DNA of 60,995 nucleotides, filler included, from Jimgerdemannia flammicorona (taxonomy: Eukaryota), in NCBI GenBank assembly GCA_003990765.1. It is 3 parts of 3 records of this genome, joined end to end, with 100 filler letters (N's around TTAATTAATTAA, not from the genome) between each part and the next. Parts side by side here need not be neighbours in the genome. Positions count along the whole stretch, not along the records: positions 40,736 to 60,995 come from RBNJ01001722.1; 2 more parts are not named here. One strand, written 5' to 3'. Of this stretch, positions 50,185 to 60,995 are shown piece after piece. The notes beneath the pieces were generated by a model that worked only from the letters and a program-made list of their open reading frames with translations, made no database searches and was not told the DNA's origin. Position 1 is the stretch's first letter; each line of letters begins with the position of its first letter. A program made the translations under genes and the position numbers.

Positions 50185-52346
50185 TTTTTTGTTCTGTGAG
50201 GGATTGGGAGTAATAGTGGGTTGGGGGTGAGTAGCTGAGGTGGAAGTGTGTATGGTATGGAAAAAAAAAGAGGGGCCTGTTTGGTCGGCAGTTTATATGG
50301 AGACACACCGTATCACACGGAGGTGTCCTCTGGTTGGCTGCCTGCATCGCCACCGCCCACAAATTTTCATTGGCTGATCCATCGTGATCTCCAACCCTCC
50401 AACTGCATCCGAAACCATCCTGTGCAACCATATGTCCCCCGAGCACGAAGAACACAAGCAGTCGCATCCAACCACCTCACAGGAATTTCCCGCAATTCGC
50501 CACCTTGCTTCCAAAAAAAAAAACAAAAAACAAAAACAAAACTACTGCGCTTCTTTGTGTCGTCACCACGCCCGGCCCAACAACCATCCACTCCCTTCCC
50601 CAATTATAGATGACCCTTCCCATCACGGCTTAAGTCCCTCGGGCGAATTCATACTGCATCACCACTGACAAGCTGGCTGGCCCGGCGTCCAATGATACCC
50701 AAACAATTGAACCCTCCGAAGCCTGCAAAGTACAAGCATACAAGCATACGCCCTGAAATTGAAGAGTGCGGTCTTGGCATTGGTCCATCTAAATTTTCTT
50801 TTTTGTGGCGAATATTTATTTACCTTTTCACCAAAGCAAATCATCAATTAAAATGAGCTCCGTAGTGCGACCGCGGTTTTGGCCGTCCCCCCTTCACAGC
50901 ATTTTCGCACATGCGCCCATTCCCCATTTCACATTTCACATGATCCCAATTTAGGTACTTCGTGATGGGCAGGCTCTTTGATGGGCAGGCTCTTTTTCCT
51001 GCTATCTCGGACTTTTTTCTGCCAAAGGACACGGATCAGAAAAACGGTTTAGAACACTGAGAAAAATTACATATTGAGTTCCCGAAAATATCACCATCAT
51101 AAATACAAACATTAGTTGAAGAAGCTCCCTTTGTCTATGTAATGCATGTAATGCCAGACGATCTGACCACGTGACCATTTCACACCCGAGCCGTCTGGTG
51201 ATGCCTTACGGACTCCCGTATACGGGGTGGGTCATGTGTCCGATGATCCCTCTCAGCGAACGCTCGGGCCACATGTCCGTCCGTAGCCGGGGGGACAGTA
51301 TATACCGCATGGCACACGGACAGGCAGGTAGGCCAATCGTGGTGATCTTTGGGTAAGTACCAGCGAGGCGAAGGAAAGTTTGGTAGGACTTGTGGCGAGT
51401 AAAATCTAAACAGGTTGCACTAAGGGTTAGGTTGATGTAACAGTCGACCGATTAGCGGGATGCTTAAACCGGTGATTTGAGGCGGTGGTTTCTTTTGGCC
51501 AATGGAATTAGCCGTACATGCAGTTGAATGACAGCGGTATTCCATCATACTGGGCGAGTGGGAGTTTCTGAAAGAGATGGTATATCCTCGATCGGAGGAG
51601 ACGACCTGTATAATTAGGAAAGACCGAATCTCGCAAAAAGTTCAAGGTTGCTCGGTGCACCGAGGGAACACCCGCGGAAGCGTCCCGATCCATACCAGGT
51701 GTGAATGCCGATTAGGTTATCATGCTTCAAGGCATTGAAGGGTTGCCTGGTTTGGACACCAAAAGTTACCTGCTTGAAGAGTGAACTTGCTATCGTCTGT
51801 TTTGAGTTGGTGCGTCTAGTCGTTAAGTGATGTTATCCGCTAAAAAGGGCGTCCTTCTACCTACCGGTGGTATTATAGACTGTGGCCAATCCATGCACCT
51901 GTGCTTTCCCATCCGACCCTTGGAGAGGATCGACATCTCGCCAATTTTGCCAACTCATCATACGAGCAAACTGACTCCCAGCGACCGATCCGACCCTCGA
52001 CCCATCTGCGAGCCTGTTCCAAGGGCAAAAGCGGCTCACCTCGGCGATGAACGCCACCGCCCGTAGGCCGGAATTCGGGTGGCATTTTAGCGGCTTGGGG
52101 AGACGAGGCATACTTTCCGGCAGCATGACTTGACCACGGGTTGTAGTGCTAGTTGTAGTTCGGGTAGAGGATAGCGGGTGAGCCAATCAGCAATTTCGAT
52201 GGTCAACAATTTTGTACAGACAAGGAACAAATGCCTTCATCTACCTCTCCTTCCGTTTCCGTTTCTTTGTACTATCCCCCCCCCCAAAAAAAAAAAAAAA
52301 AAAAAAAAAACTCCATCTCCTACATACCCGATTTGGGTATCCTAAA

Positions 52347-53060
52347 ATGCCTCAGCTCGTCAGGGATTGAGGCTGAGGTCTGCATTTGATCGCCACAAAG
52401 AAATCGCTCAGAAACCAAACACACTACTGAATCATGTCCGCCACAACTCGCCTGAACGACTTGCTGGGTCGAATCAAGCCCTGGGACCAAACCGAAATCT
52501 TGGCATGAAGAATCGGAAATTCCGTGATTTTAACGATCAATTCAACGATTGCCTGCGAACCCGTGCCTACCTCGCCACCTTGCGCTTGTCACCGTTGGAG
52601 CCATACCTTGCCTATTTTCAGCCCCGAGAACTCGAAAACTTGAAGCCACTCGCCCAAGGCGGATTTGCCAAAGTTTACCAGGCAGACGTTTGGGTATCTA
52701 ACATTGTTACAAGGTGACCGCCAAAGAGTTGAGAAAGTCAATGGTCAAAGAAGTGAGTTCCCATTGGTGTAATATATATATAACATTTTCCAGCCAACTT
52801 CCATTTCCAAAAATCTTGTTATTTCTTCATCTCACCAACACAGTTAGTGCTGAATATTTATTTGCGGAAATGACACCAGCAATCTCCCTACAATGAGGAT
52901 TGTTGCTTTCAAAACACCCCATTCCCAATTAACTGACATTGGCACTCTCGAGAAGCAGTCTTGCGAAAAGATGGTGATTGGTATACTGCTTTGACATATG
53001 CCATAAAACCTGCTTGTTGCTTGGCCAATATTCACGATATCATCAGGATGGCAGTGTCCG
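52347..53060 (+). pseudogene. Truncated protein kinase N-lobe (TKL-like) preceding LRR exons
   Basis: YFQPRELENLKPLAQGGFAKVYQA, frameshift near 52710, VTAKELRKSMVKE, intron 52753-52843, then stops; catalytic loop not found. Confidence 0.72.
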
Positions 53061-53129
53061 ACAACTGCAGGGTTAGCATACCGCAATTGCTTACAGCTAA
53101 CTGCTAGTTTATCATTCATTTATGTTCAG

Positions 53130-53585
53130 AGAGAACTGCCAGCTTGGGCGAGCCGGGCGCCTTCGCTGAGCCTCAGCAGCAGAACACAACCCGTACGTCA
53201 GAATTTCGTGAACCATTGTTTGCAGCCGTGTCATCTAATCAATGTTCGAATCTGCTAACTCTCCATTCATCATAAGGAAGTAGGACTGGTGGCATTCTAG
53301 CCGAACTTCTCGAGCAGTATACACCTCGCATGAGCTGAATCTATCTGGTATGTCAGTAATGTGTGAACTATTTGTTGGCAGGAAATTAAGCTTGTTATAT
53401 ATTCCAATCTTCTGACCTCCTGTCATGTTCAGGAAAGAACATCAACGATAGAGAAGCCAGCGTTCTCGTTCAATTTCTGGAGCAGAATACAAATATGGTC
53501 AAGCTCAATTTCACCGTGTGCCAACATTTCTATTTAATATTGTTTTGAAGGTGTGCTGGAGGAAGCTTATCCTTCAGTTATGCTC

Positions 53586-53630
<45 letters not shown>

Positions 53631-53996
53631 AAATATAAGAAAATGGTATTGGAATCCTGTTCATCCGCATATTAGTTGAGTTTCTGAAGCAGAACACAAC
53701 CTTGACGGAACTGAATCTTAGTAGTATGTCAGAGTTACCTAATGGAATCATGCCCAGCATATGCATGTGCTGTTCAACGACTTTGACGACGAGGAGGTCA
53801 GAGCCCTTGCAGAGTCTCTGAAGGAGAACAAGACCTTGACCAAGCTGAATCTCTTCGGTATGCCAGAACTGTGAAACATCGCGTGTGGCTACGTGATGAA
53901 GCCAAGCGAAGGATGTGTGTGTGTTCGCTTATCTTCTCTTCATTTCAAAGGTAGTAAGATTAGTGAGAATGGGGCACGCGCCCTAGCCGAGTCTCT
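53130..53996 (+). pseudogene. RI-like (NLRC3-type) 28-aa LRR exons, first block (about 6)
   Basis: NINDREASVLVQFLEQNTNMVKLN; ILVEFLKQNTTLTELNL; DEEVRALAESLKENKTLTKLNL; SKISENGARALAES. One repeat per exon. Confidence 0.85.
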
Positions 53997-56900
53997 TGAC
54001 ATCTCGTGTCTTCACTCAAACCAACATCAACACATTCAAACACCCTCCCCATTACGTTTTCATACGTTTTCACACATTCCATCCCTTCCACTTATGAGTA
54101 ATTTATGTTAGGCCTGTAATGTGTACAAACTTCTTCGGACCTCCTTATGACCTTCGGCCCTTCAACCTACGCAAACCTCGCCCATCTTTTGTATACCCAC
54201 TTGTCGAAATGGCCGATGCCCTAACCTTCAACTGCCTGAAATCCAACAGAATGTGCAAACGTGCTTTTCCTCGAATTTGACCTCTTCTCAACTCAGGTAT
54301 CCCCAAAGATACTGATCCATACGCCAAAAGCAAGGAATCGCTGGATGGTAAGAAGCTGTGCGGGCTACGTAAGATCAAAAAAGCCTTTCCCTGGAATTGG
54401 AAAGTCACAAATTCAAATCGCGACCACTGATCTTGCCTCCCACATCTTTATAGTCATTTTTTCCTTCTCACGATAGTGCTCGCCAACCACCATGGGGATA
54501 AAACAAAACTATCTATTTGGCTATTCAAATTCCAATCGTCGTGGCAAAATTGGCAGGTTAATCAATCAACGAAAAATGCATTGATGCCAAGTCTGAAACA
54601 CATGGGTAACGGGGGTAGGGGAAGGTAAGGATCCAAGGATCAATCAGGATACGAGTAAAGGTTGTGTACAAGATTGTAAGTAATCTATAGCAATGAAAAT
54701 ACTACTGTGCAGATGACGTCGACGAGGGATAGCAACAAATGTCTCATTATCAAGTTTGCATTTAACACTTCACGAAAAAGCCATTGCTCATGCCCGCAAT
54801 CTACAAACCCTGAATCCTGGTCCACTGACCCTGAAATCAACATTTCGTTCTTGTGATCGAATGCAAGGGACAGGATCCGTGTTGTGGGGCGTGGAAAGTA
54901 TGTAGGATGGAGCGCTGGCAGACATCGGTGATGGCTGAGAAATAATCAAAGTTAAGCAATGTCGGGATATGAAGAACAAGCCAGCTCTTCACATAAGTCA
55001 TAAACTCTGTTCATACGGATCATACGGAATGGCTCGACATTATTCGACAAACCTAGATTATCAGCTTGCTCTTCGGCAAATACTGCATCGCATATACGTC
55101 CGCTTCCTAGGCCAGTAACTCTGCATAAAAATAATTTCAAAACAAATTGTAATGTTTACACTCGACTCCTCCAAACTGGCTCACATATCCAACTCACCTC
55201 TCAAATGAACGCAATACCGACTGAAGCCCCAACAGCTACGCAATAGAAAATCGTGGATGGTATCGACAATCGTGATGTATGTGGTGACTGTGGATGACGC
55301 AATTAATAATATCATGGAAGATGTGTGGATACGGATGTGGGGCCGTGTTCCAAGTTAAGATAGAAAATTGAGGCGGCGACGGCACAGCTGGTGAGGATAT
55401 GAAGCTGGTAAGGAATTGTTTGATGAATGACAGGAGGGTAGGATGGCAAAGTTATTGCCAATGGAGCCTAGAATAATGGTCAGGATCATCAGAAAAGGTC
55501 TCGGCGGGTTCTTCCGTGTTGCATTCGGTACAGAACGAAAGCTATGAAACCATCTTGAACCCTTGTCCCAGGACACAATCATTTGCCATCTGGCCTGGAC
55601 AGCGTTATTCTTGGATCTCATATTATGGGCTCTGGAATGACAGAAAGCCACAATCGCACAGCCCTGAAAGTAATAAAAAGGGAATGAAACCCAGTTGCTA
55701 TTTTCGGACCGGATTCCAGAACAGAACGAGAGAAAACGAGACAAGAAAATCAAACTAAAAGCAAAGAAAGGCAATATGTGAAAGAGAAACCCAACAACTC
55801 CAACGTTCCATCAACCATCCCACCTCCAGCACAGCGAACTTGAGCTTTCTAACCAAATCCTTGAGACTCCTGCCACCCCTATTCCTGTTCTCAACCTACC
55901 AGGCCTCCATTTCTTTCCTCAAGTTCCTCAAACAGACTCCCCCAAAATCCTCCCTGGCAATACTTCCTCCACGTCGCGGCAGCCTGTACTAACCATCCCT
56001 CGCCGGGTCATTGATAACCTCGATATACCTCCCATGCAGCAGCACGTGGGCGACGCCGGCGACACCCTGTAGTCCGCCTGGAAGGACCATGGTTCCGGGG
56101 CGCATCTCAGGGCAATCATGTTTGTCGACTTCCCAGTCTGCGACGAACTCCATGCCGGATGGAAACAAAGACAAATCGATGGCGCACCCGAAATAAATCA
56201 TGCAGGAGGAACGACAGATGGATCAGACTGAATTAGTAGAGGGAATTGGAGAGGTTCGAGCATATGAACAAGTTAAAGCCGACTGAGCAAATTACTCACG
56301 CAAATCTTTAGCATACGACATCACTCTGCTACTCTACATCTCAATTCTCTTGCCCCCTATTGGGTCCCGAGTTCTGCCCTTCTGCGATAGCATCTGTCTC
56401 GCCCACACAGTCCCCTCTATCTTGCTCTCCTTTTTCCTATATCTCTCCATCCCCAAGTCAGCCCACGGTGCCCTGCCACTCTCCATCTGCCCCCTCCCAC
56501 TCTGTCTCCCTACACGCGGCTGACCCATCAGGATCTACAAATACAGTCATCTTGCTGTTGTTGGACTTCCTTGCACCTAGGTCTTTCTTTTAGTCTGGCT
56601 AGTTGCACTCTGGTTCATGCTTGTCCTGCTCGCAGCGAGATCTACTATTCATCAGCCTGGATGCCACTAGCCAATATGTATGTCTTCTATTTGGCTGTAC
56701 CCTCTATCACACTGGGTTGCTGAACCTTCGGCCACATTTTCGGGGTTGAGGCATGTAGGTTGCGGGTGGGAATGTGGGTATATCAGTGTGTGTTTCAAAC
56801 GCGCATGGAAGGAGTTTTGGCAAGGGTCGGGAAGCATATCGTCAGCTCACTAACTCATTTTTTCTTACTCTATCCACCAGACAATAATCAAAGCGACCCT

Positions 56901-57726
56901 TCAGCAAACGAGTGATTTCGCAGTTTTCAACCGTCCCGAGCACAGGCATTTTCGTAGAACACATCGACATCAGCCACATTGCAGACAAAACTCTCTGCAA
57001 CAGCGACAGTGACACTGCTACTTACCGTGCACCACTGTTTTGTTGCTGGGTTCCTTATTCAGTGGCGCTCCATCGCGCCCGTACTTGCCAACTTCGCAAT
57101 CAAGGGGAGTAGGCTACGATCTTGGTCCATCATCGATATCGCTGAACAGATGCTTGACATTGTGGTTGGAATGGCTATAGAATGGGTTAATTTTTTTTTT
57201 TTTTTTTTTTTTTAGTGGATACTTTTGTGAGACGACGCGAATAGAGTACGGGGTGGCTAGCAGAAACAGCAAGCAAGCATATCGGATAACACGAGCGAGG
57301 GTGCAAAGATATATCACAAGTGAGACACATATCAATTGAGAATACAAGCTATTGAATCAATAACCTCCCGCACCTAAAGGGGAAGGGAATAATAAAGACA
57401 GACCTTGAAGGCAACATAGGCCGTTGTCATGCATCCATGACTTCGTTCGCGCACATTCCCTTCTCTGGCTCGCCTGTCCATAGAAACGCGGCGCAGGACT
57501 AGGTAGAATGAGGGAGGCTCGAAGAAAACATAGAAAAGAAGAAGGCCTGAGGCTTACCCGGTTTACGCACTTATTAAGCGCCCGCACCAATCCACAAAGC
57601 TATAGCGCTAGTCGACCACGACACTGAAAGACGCCAGCTTATCAATACTAGTTTTGACCCCCGCGGTTGTGGGATTCACTATGTTTCGGGAAAATTTTGG
57701 GCGCCCCAAAATTCGAAAATAACTCG
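53997..57726. mobile_element. 3.7-kb insertion splitting an LRR exon; subterminal hairpin; carries decayed exon-like fragments; class uncertain
   Basis: Flanks rejoin as GAG TCT CT|G AAG CAA AAC ACG ACC (ESLKQNTT); hairpin AATTTTGGG-CGC-CCCAAAATT about 14 nt from the right end; no clear TSD or TIR. Confidence 0.65.
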
Positions 57727-59280
57727 GAAGCAAAACACGACCTTAGCCGAGCTGAATCTCAAATGTATGTTTGTGTGCGGCTGCGTGATGGAATCAACCT
57801 AACAATCTGTGTGTGTTCGCTCATTCTCTGTTCATTTTAAAGTTAATAATATTGGTGGGGAGGGAGCACGCAATCCTAGCTGAGTCTCTAAAGTAGAACA
57901 CGACCTTGACCAAGCTGAATCTCTCCAGTATGTCAGAACTGTGTGAAGCATTGTGTGCGGTTGCGTTATGGAATCAAGCTAAAGATATGTGCATATTCGC
58001 TCATCCCTGTTCATTTTAAAGTGAATAATATTGGTGCCCTAGCCGAGTGTCTGAAACTGAACATGACCTTGACCAAGCTGAATCTCGGATATATATTGGA
58101 ACTGTATGAGGCATTGTTTATGGCTGCATGATGGAATCAAGCTAACGATCTGTGTGTGTTTGCTCGTCCCCTGTTCATTTTAAAGAGAATGACATTGGCA
58201 ATGAGGGACCACACGTCCTAGCCAAGTCTCTGAGCTGAATCTCAAAGGTATGTCATGCGGCTGTATGATGGAATAAAGCTAATGATCTGTGCATGTTCGT
58301 TCACCCCCTGTTCATTTTAAAGATAATAATATCAGAGATGAGGGAGCACATGCCCTAGCTGACTCTCTGAAGCAGAACACAACCTTGACCTAGCTGAATC
58401 TCTATGGTATATCGGAACTGTGCAAAGCATCATATGTGGCTGCATGATAGAATCAAGCTAACGATCTGTATGTGTTCGCTCATCCCTTGTTCATTTTAAA
58501 AAGAATTGTATTAATAATGAGAGAGCACATGCTCTAGCCGAGTCTCTGAAGAAGAATACGATCTTAACTGAGCTGAATCTCAGAACTGTGTGAAGTATTG
58601 TGTATGGCTGTACAATGAAATCAAGCTAATGATCTGTACATATTTGCTCATTCTCTATTTATTTTAAAGAGAATGATATTGACAAGGAGAGAGTACAGCC
58701 CTAGCTGAGTTTCCGAAGCAGAACATGACCTTGATTGAGCTGAATCTCAGAAGTATGTCAGAATTGTGTGAAGCATTATATGCAGCTGTATAATGAATTA
58801 AGATAATGATCTGTATATTCATTTAAAGAGAATGATATTGTTAATGAGAGAGCACATGCCCTAGTCAAGTCTCTGAAGTAGAACACAACCTTGGCTGAGC
58901 TGAATCTCTTCTATATATTAGAACTTTATGATGGAATTAAATTAAATTAATAATATTTTCCTATTTACTTATATCCTATTAATTTTAAAGATAATAATAT
59001 TAATGAGAAGAGGACATATACTCTAACTAAGTCTCTGAAGTAGAACTTGGTCCTGGCTAGATCTCTTAGCTAATAATCTATATATTCACTTATTTTCTAT
59101 ATTCTAGTTGAATCTCTTTAGATATCAGAACTATATAAAGTATTGTATATAGCTAGATAAAGAAATCAAGCTCTTCTATTTGTGTTCTTAGCTATAAAAG
59201 AGTATATATACTAGATAAATCTATATAAACTATACTAAATTAAATCACTTCTGTCTATTTGAACTATGTGAAATATTATA
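57727..59280 (+). pseudogene. Second LRR block: about 9-10 tandem exon+intron units, progressively decayed
   Basis: Exon consensus NNIGDEGAHALAESLKQNTTLTELNL; repeated intron GTATGTCAGAACTGTG..GCTAAC..TTCATTTTAAAG; period ~165-180 bp. Confidence 0.88.
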
Positions 59281-59790
59281 TATCACAAATTAATTACTCT
59301 TATATTTATTTACTTATATTTCATTAATTCTTATAGTTATATACATATATAAATTTATTTTATTTTATCAACTTTTATTATAATTTACTTACTGCTTATT
59401 TATTTAAACATATTATAGTATATATTATAAATTTTATATAATTAATATAAATATTAAAATTTGTATAATTAAAAATATAAAGTTATATTAAGAAATCTTA
59501 TTTCTATAATATTTCTTTAATATTTATTATATTTATAATAGAGTTATTTATAAAATTTAACTCTATAAATATACTGATTGATTTAATAATTATAGTAATA
59601 GCCAAAACTATAATAATGTTTAGTTATTTTTAATATTTAATTATATTATAGCTCCAATATAAATTCTATAAAATCCAAATTCTTACTATTAATAATATAG
59701 TATTTTAGCCTTTAAATGGTATTTTTTTATTATATTTAGATAAATATAGGCATTCATATAACTATTTTAAATTATATTACCATTGTTATA

Positions 59791-60191
59791 TATGAGGAAC
59801 TGCTGAAGGGTATACATGAGCTTTGGGAATATGTGGAAGAAGAATGGAATGTGATTCCCAGCCAAGTATATAAGGATTTAATTGATGGTATACCAAGGTG
59901 TGTTGGTGCGGTATATAAGGCAAAGAGAGGCTATGTAAAGTATTAACCAGTATTGTATTTAGTATTTTTTGAGATGGTCATTCCAAAACTAGTCCAATGT
60001 ACAGATTTTTTTAAAAATTATTTTCATAGCAAAAACAATATCAAATATGATAAAATTATGATCTATGGAAACTTCAGATATAGGGCTATAACATACTTTA
60101 GTTTTATATTTTTTCTATTTTTTTTTTTCAATTTTTAAAATAATAAAAAGTAAAAAATAATGAAATATTAGACCAGTTTTGGAAGTTACTG
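59791..60191 (+). mobile_element. Tc1/mariner 3' fragment with right TIR
   Basis: ELWEYVEEEWNVIP..DLIDGIPRCVGAVYKAKRGYVKY* (stop 59946); end ..GGAAGTTACTG|TA; internal inverted copy TTCCAAAACTAGTC near 59982. Confidence 0.85.
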
Positions 60192-60272
60192 TAGTTTTGA
60201 CTCTCTGGTATCCAAACCTATTTGGATTCATTACATAATATTGAGTTGAGTTATAATTATCCACTTTTACTA

Positions 60273-60995
60273 CAGTATTGTTTCAGACATTCTTTACTAT
60301 TTTATAGTATTTTTGTCATCATTTTCAAGTAATAAAAAAGCTTTCTATTAATGTTTATAACTATATCATTCACTTACTATAATCTAGTTTATCTATTTGC
60401 AAGATTGTTAAAGAAATCAATGTAAGTGTAATGATAGTAAACTGCATATTGCAATAATATTCTTTTGTTAAAAGATGGTCATCTGGCTATATTTTCAGTC
60501 TGAGACAAAGTATGGATTATCTATCAAGTTATAACTAATAAAGCAGATAATACTACTAAAGTCATAAAAGCTCTTCAAGAATGTGGCAAAATGATAAGCC
60601 TTAGTATAGTAAAATAAACACTCCAAAAGGCTAGTCTCAAAGCATATATAAAGTAAAAGAAATCACTTTTGCTATCTTACTATATAAAGATACACTACAA
60701 ATTTGTTACTAAATATAAGCATTAGATAGTTACTGACTGGAAAACTATCATGTTTTCTGATAAAATGAAGATTAACTATTTGGACTCTAATGGATATAAT
60801 ATAAATTAGGTAGTAGGGAGCCAAACCAAATCAGGTGACCAGAACTCTAAAATTCAATAGCAGATCATTAATACTTTAGAGATATATATTATATAAGGAT
60901 ATTAGATATACATGCCAAATCAAAGGCCAAATGAATACTGAATTATATACTAATATCTTTATACAGTTTACTATCATTGCACTTACATTGGTTTT
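60273..60995 (+). mobile_element. Tc1/mariner 5' part, heavily decayed
   Basis: TA|CAGT start; transposase relic KH*IVTDWKTIMFSDKMKINYLDSNG, matching W..VIFSDE.K. Confidence 0.78.

Noticed and set aside
57727..59280. Repeat-spacer-like periodicity suggesting CRISPR or DGR
   Set aside because: Explained by LRR exon+intron duplication with GT-AG and branch sites.

Overview
Eukaryotic, almost certainly fungal, TE-rich genomic DNA. It has short GT-AG introns with CTRAC branch sites, and the gene content suggests an early-diverging lineage such as Mucoromycota (inference only). It consists of three contigs joined by artificial N44-TTAATTAATTAA-N44 linkers. Contig 1 (1-20268): a pseudogenised, intron-containing hAT transposase with its left end, a decayed L1/Tx1-type LINE, and host genes for a Rieske-domain protein, a C2H2 zinc-finger protein, an 8-exon polyQ Rab-GAP (TBC) protein and an intronless DUF4291 protein, plus an unexplained ~480-bp tandem repeat. 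Contig 2 (20369-40635): a nest of LINEs and two related families of Ty3/Gypsy LTR retrotransposons (A and B), both with a dUTPase between protease and RT. The ~1.5-kb family B LTR carries a ~360-codon relic reading frame in U3, a retrovirus-like layout. Contig 3 (40736-60995): an internally deleted family A element, a LINE tail, an intronless acidic disordered protein gene, a decayed kinase-LRR gene built from tandem exon+intron units and split by a 3.7-kb TSD-less insertion, and Tc1/mariner relics. Repeats throughout show heavy CpG and CpA/TpG transitions resembling RIP. All coordinates were read by eye and boundaries may be off by a few bases.
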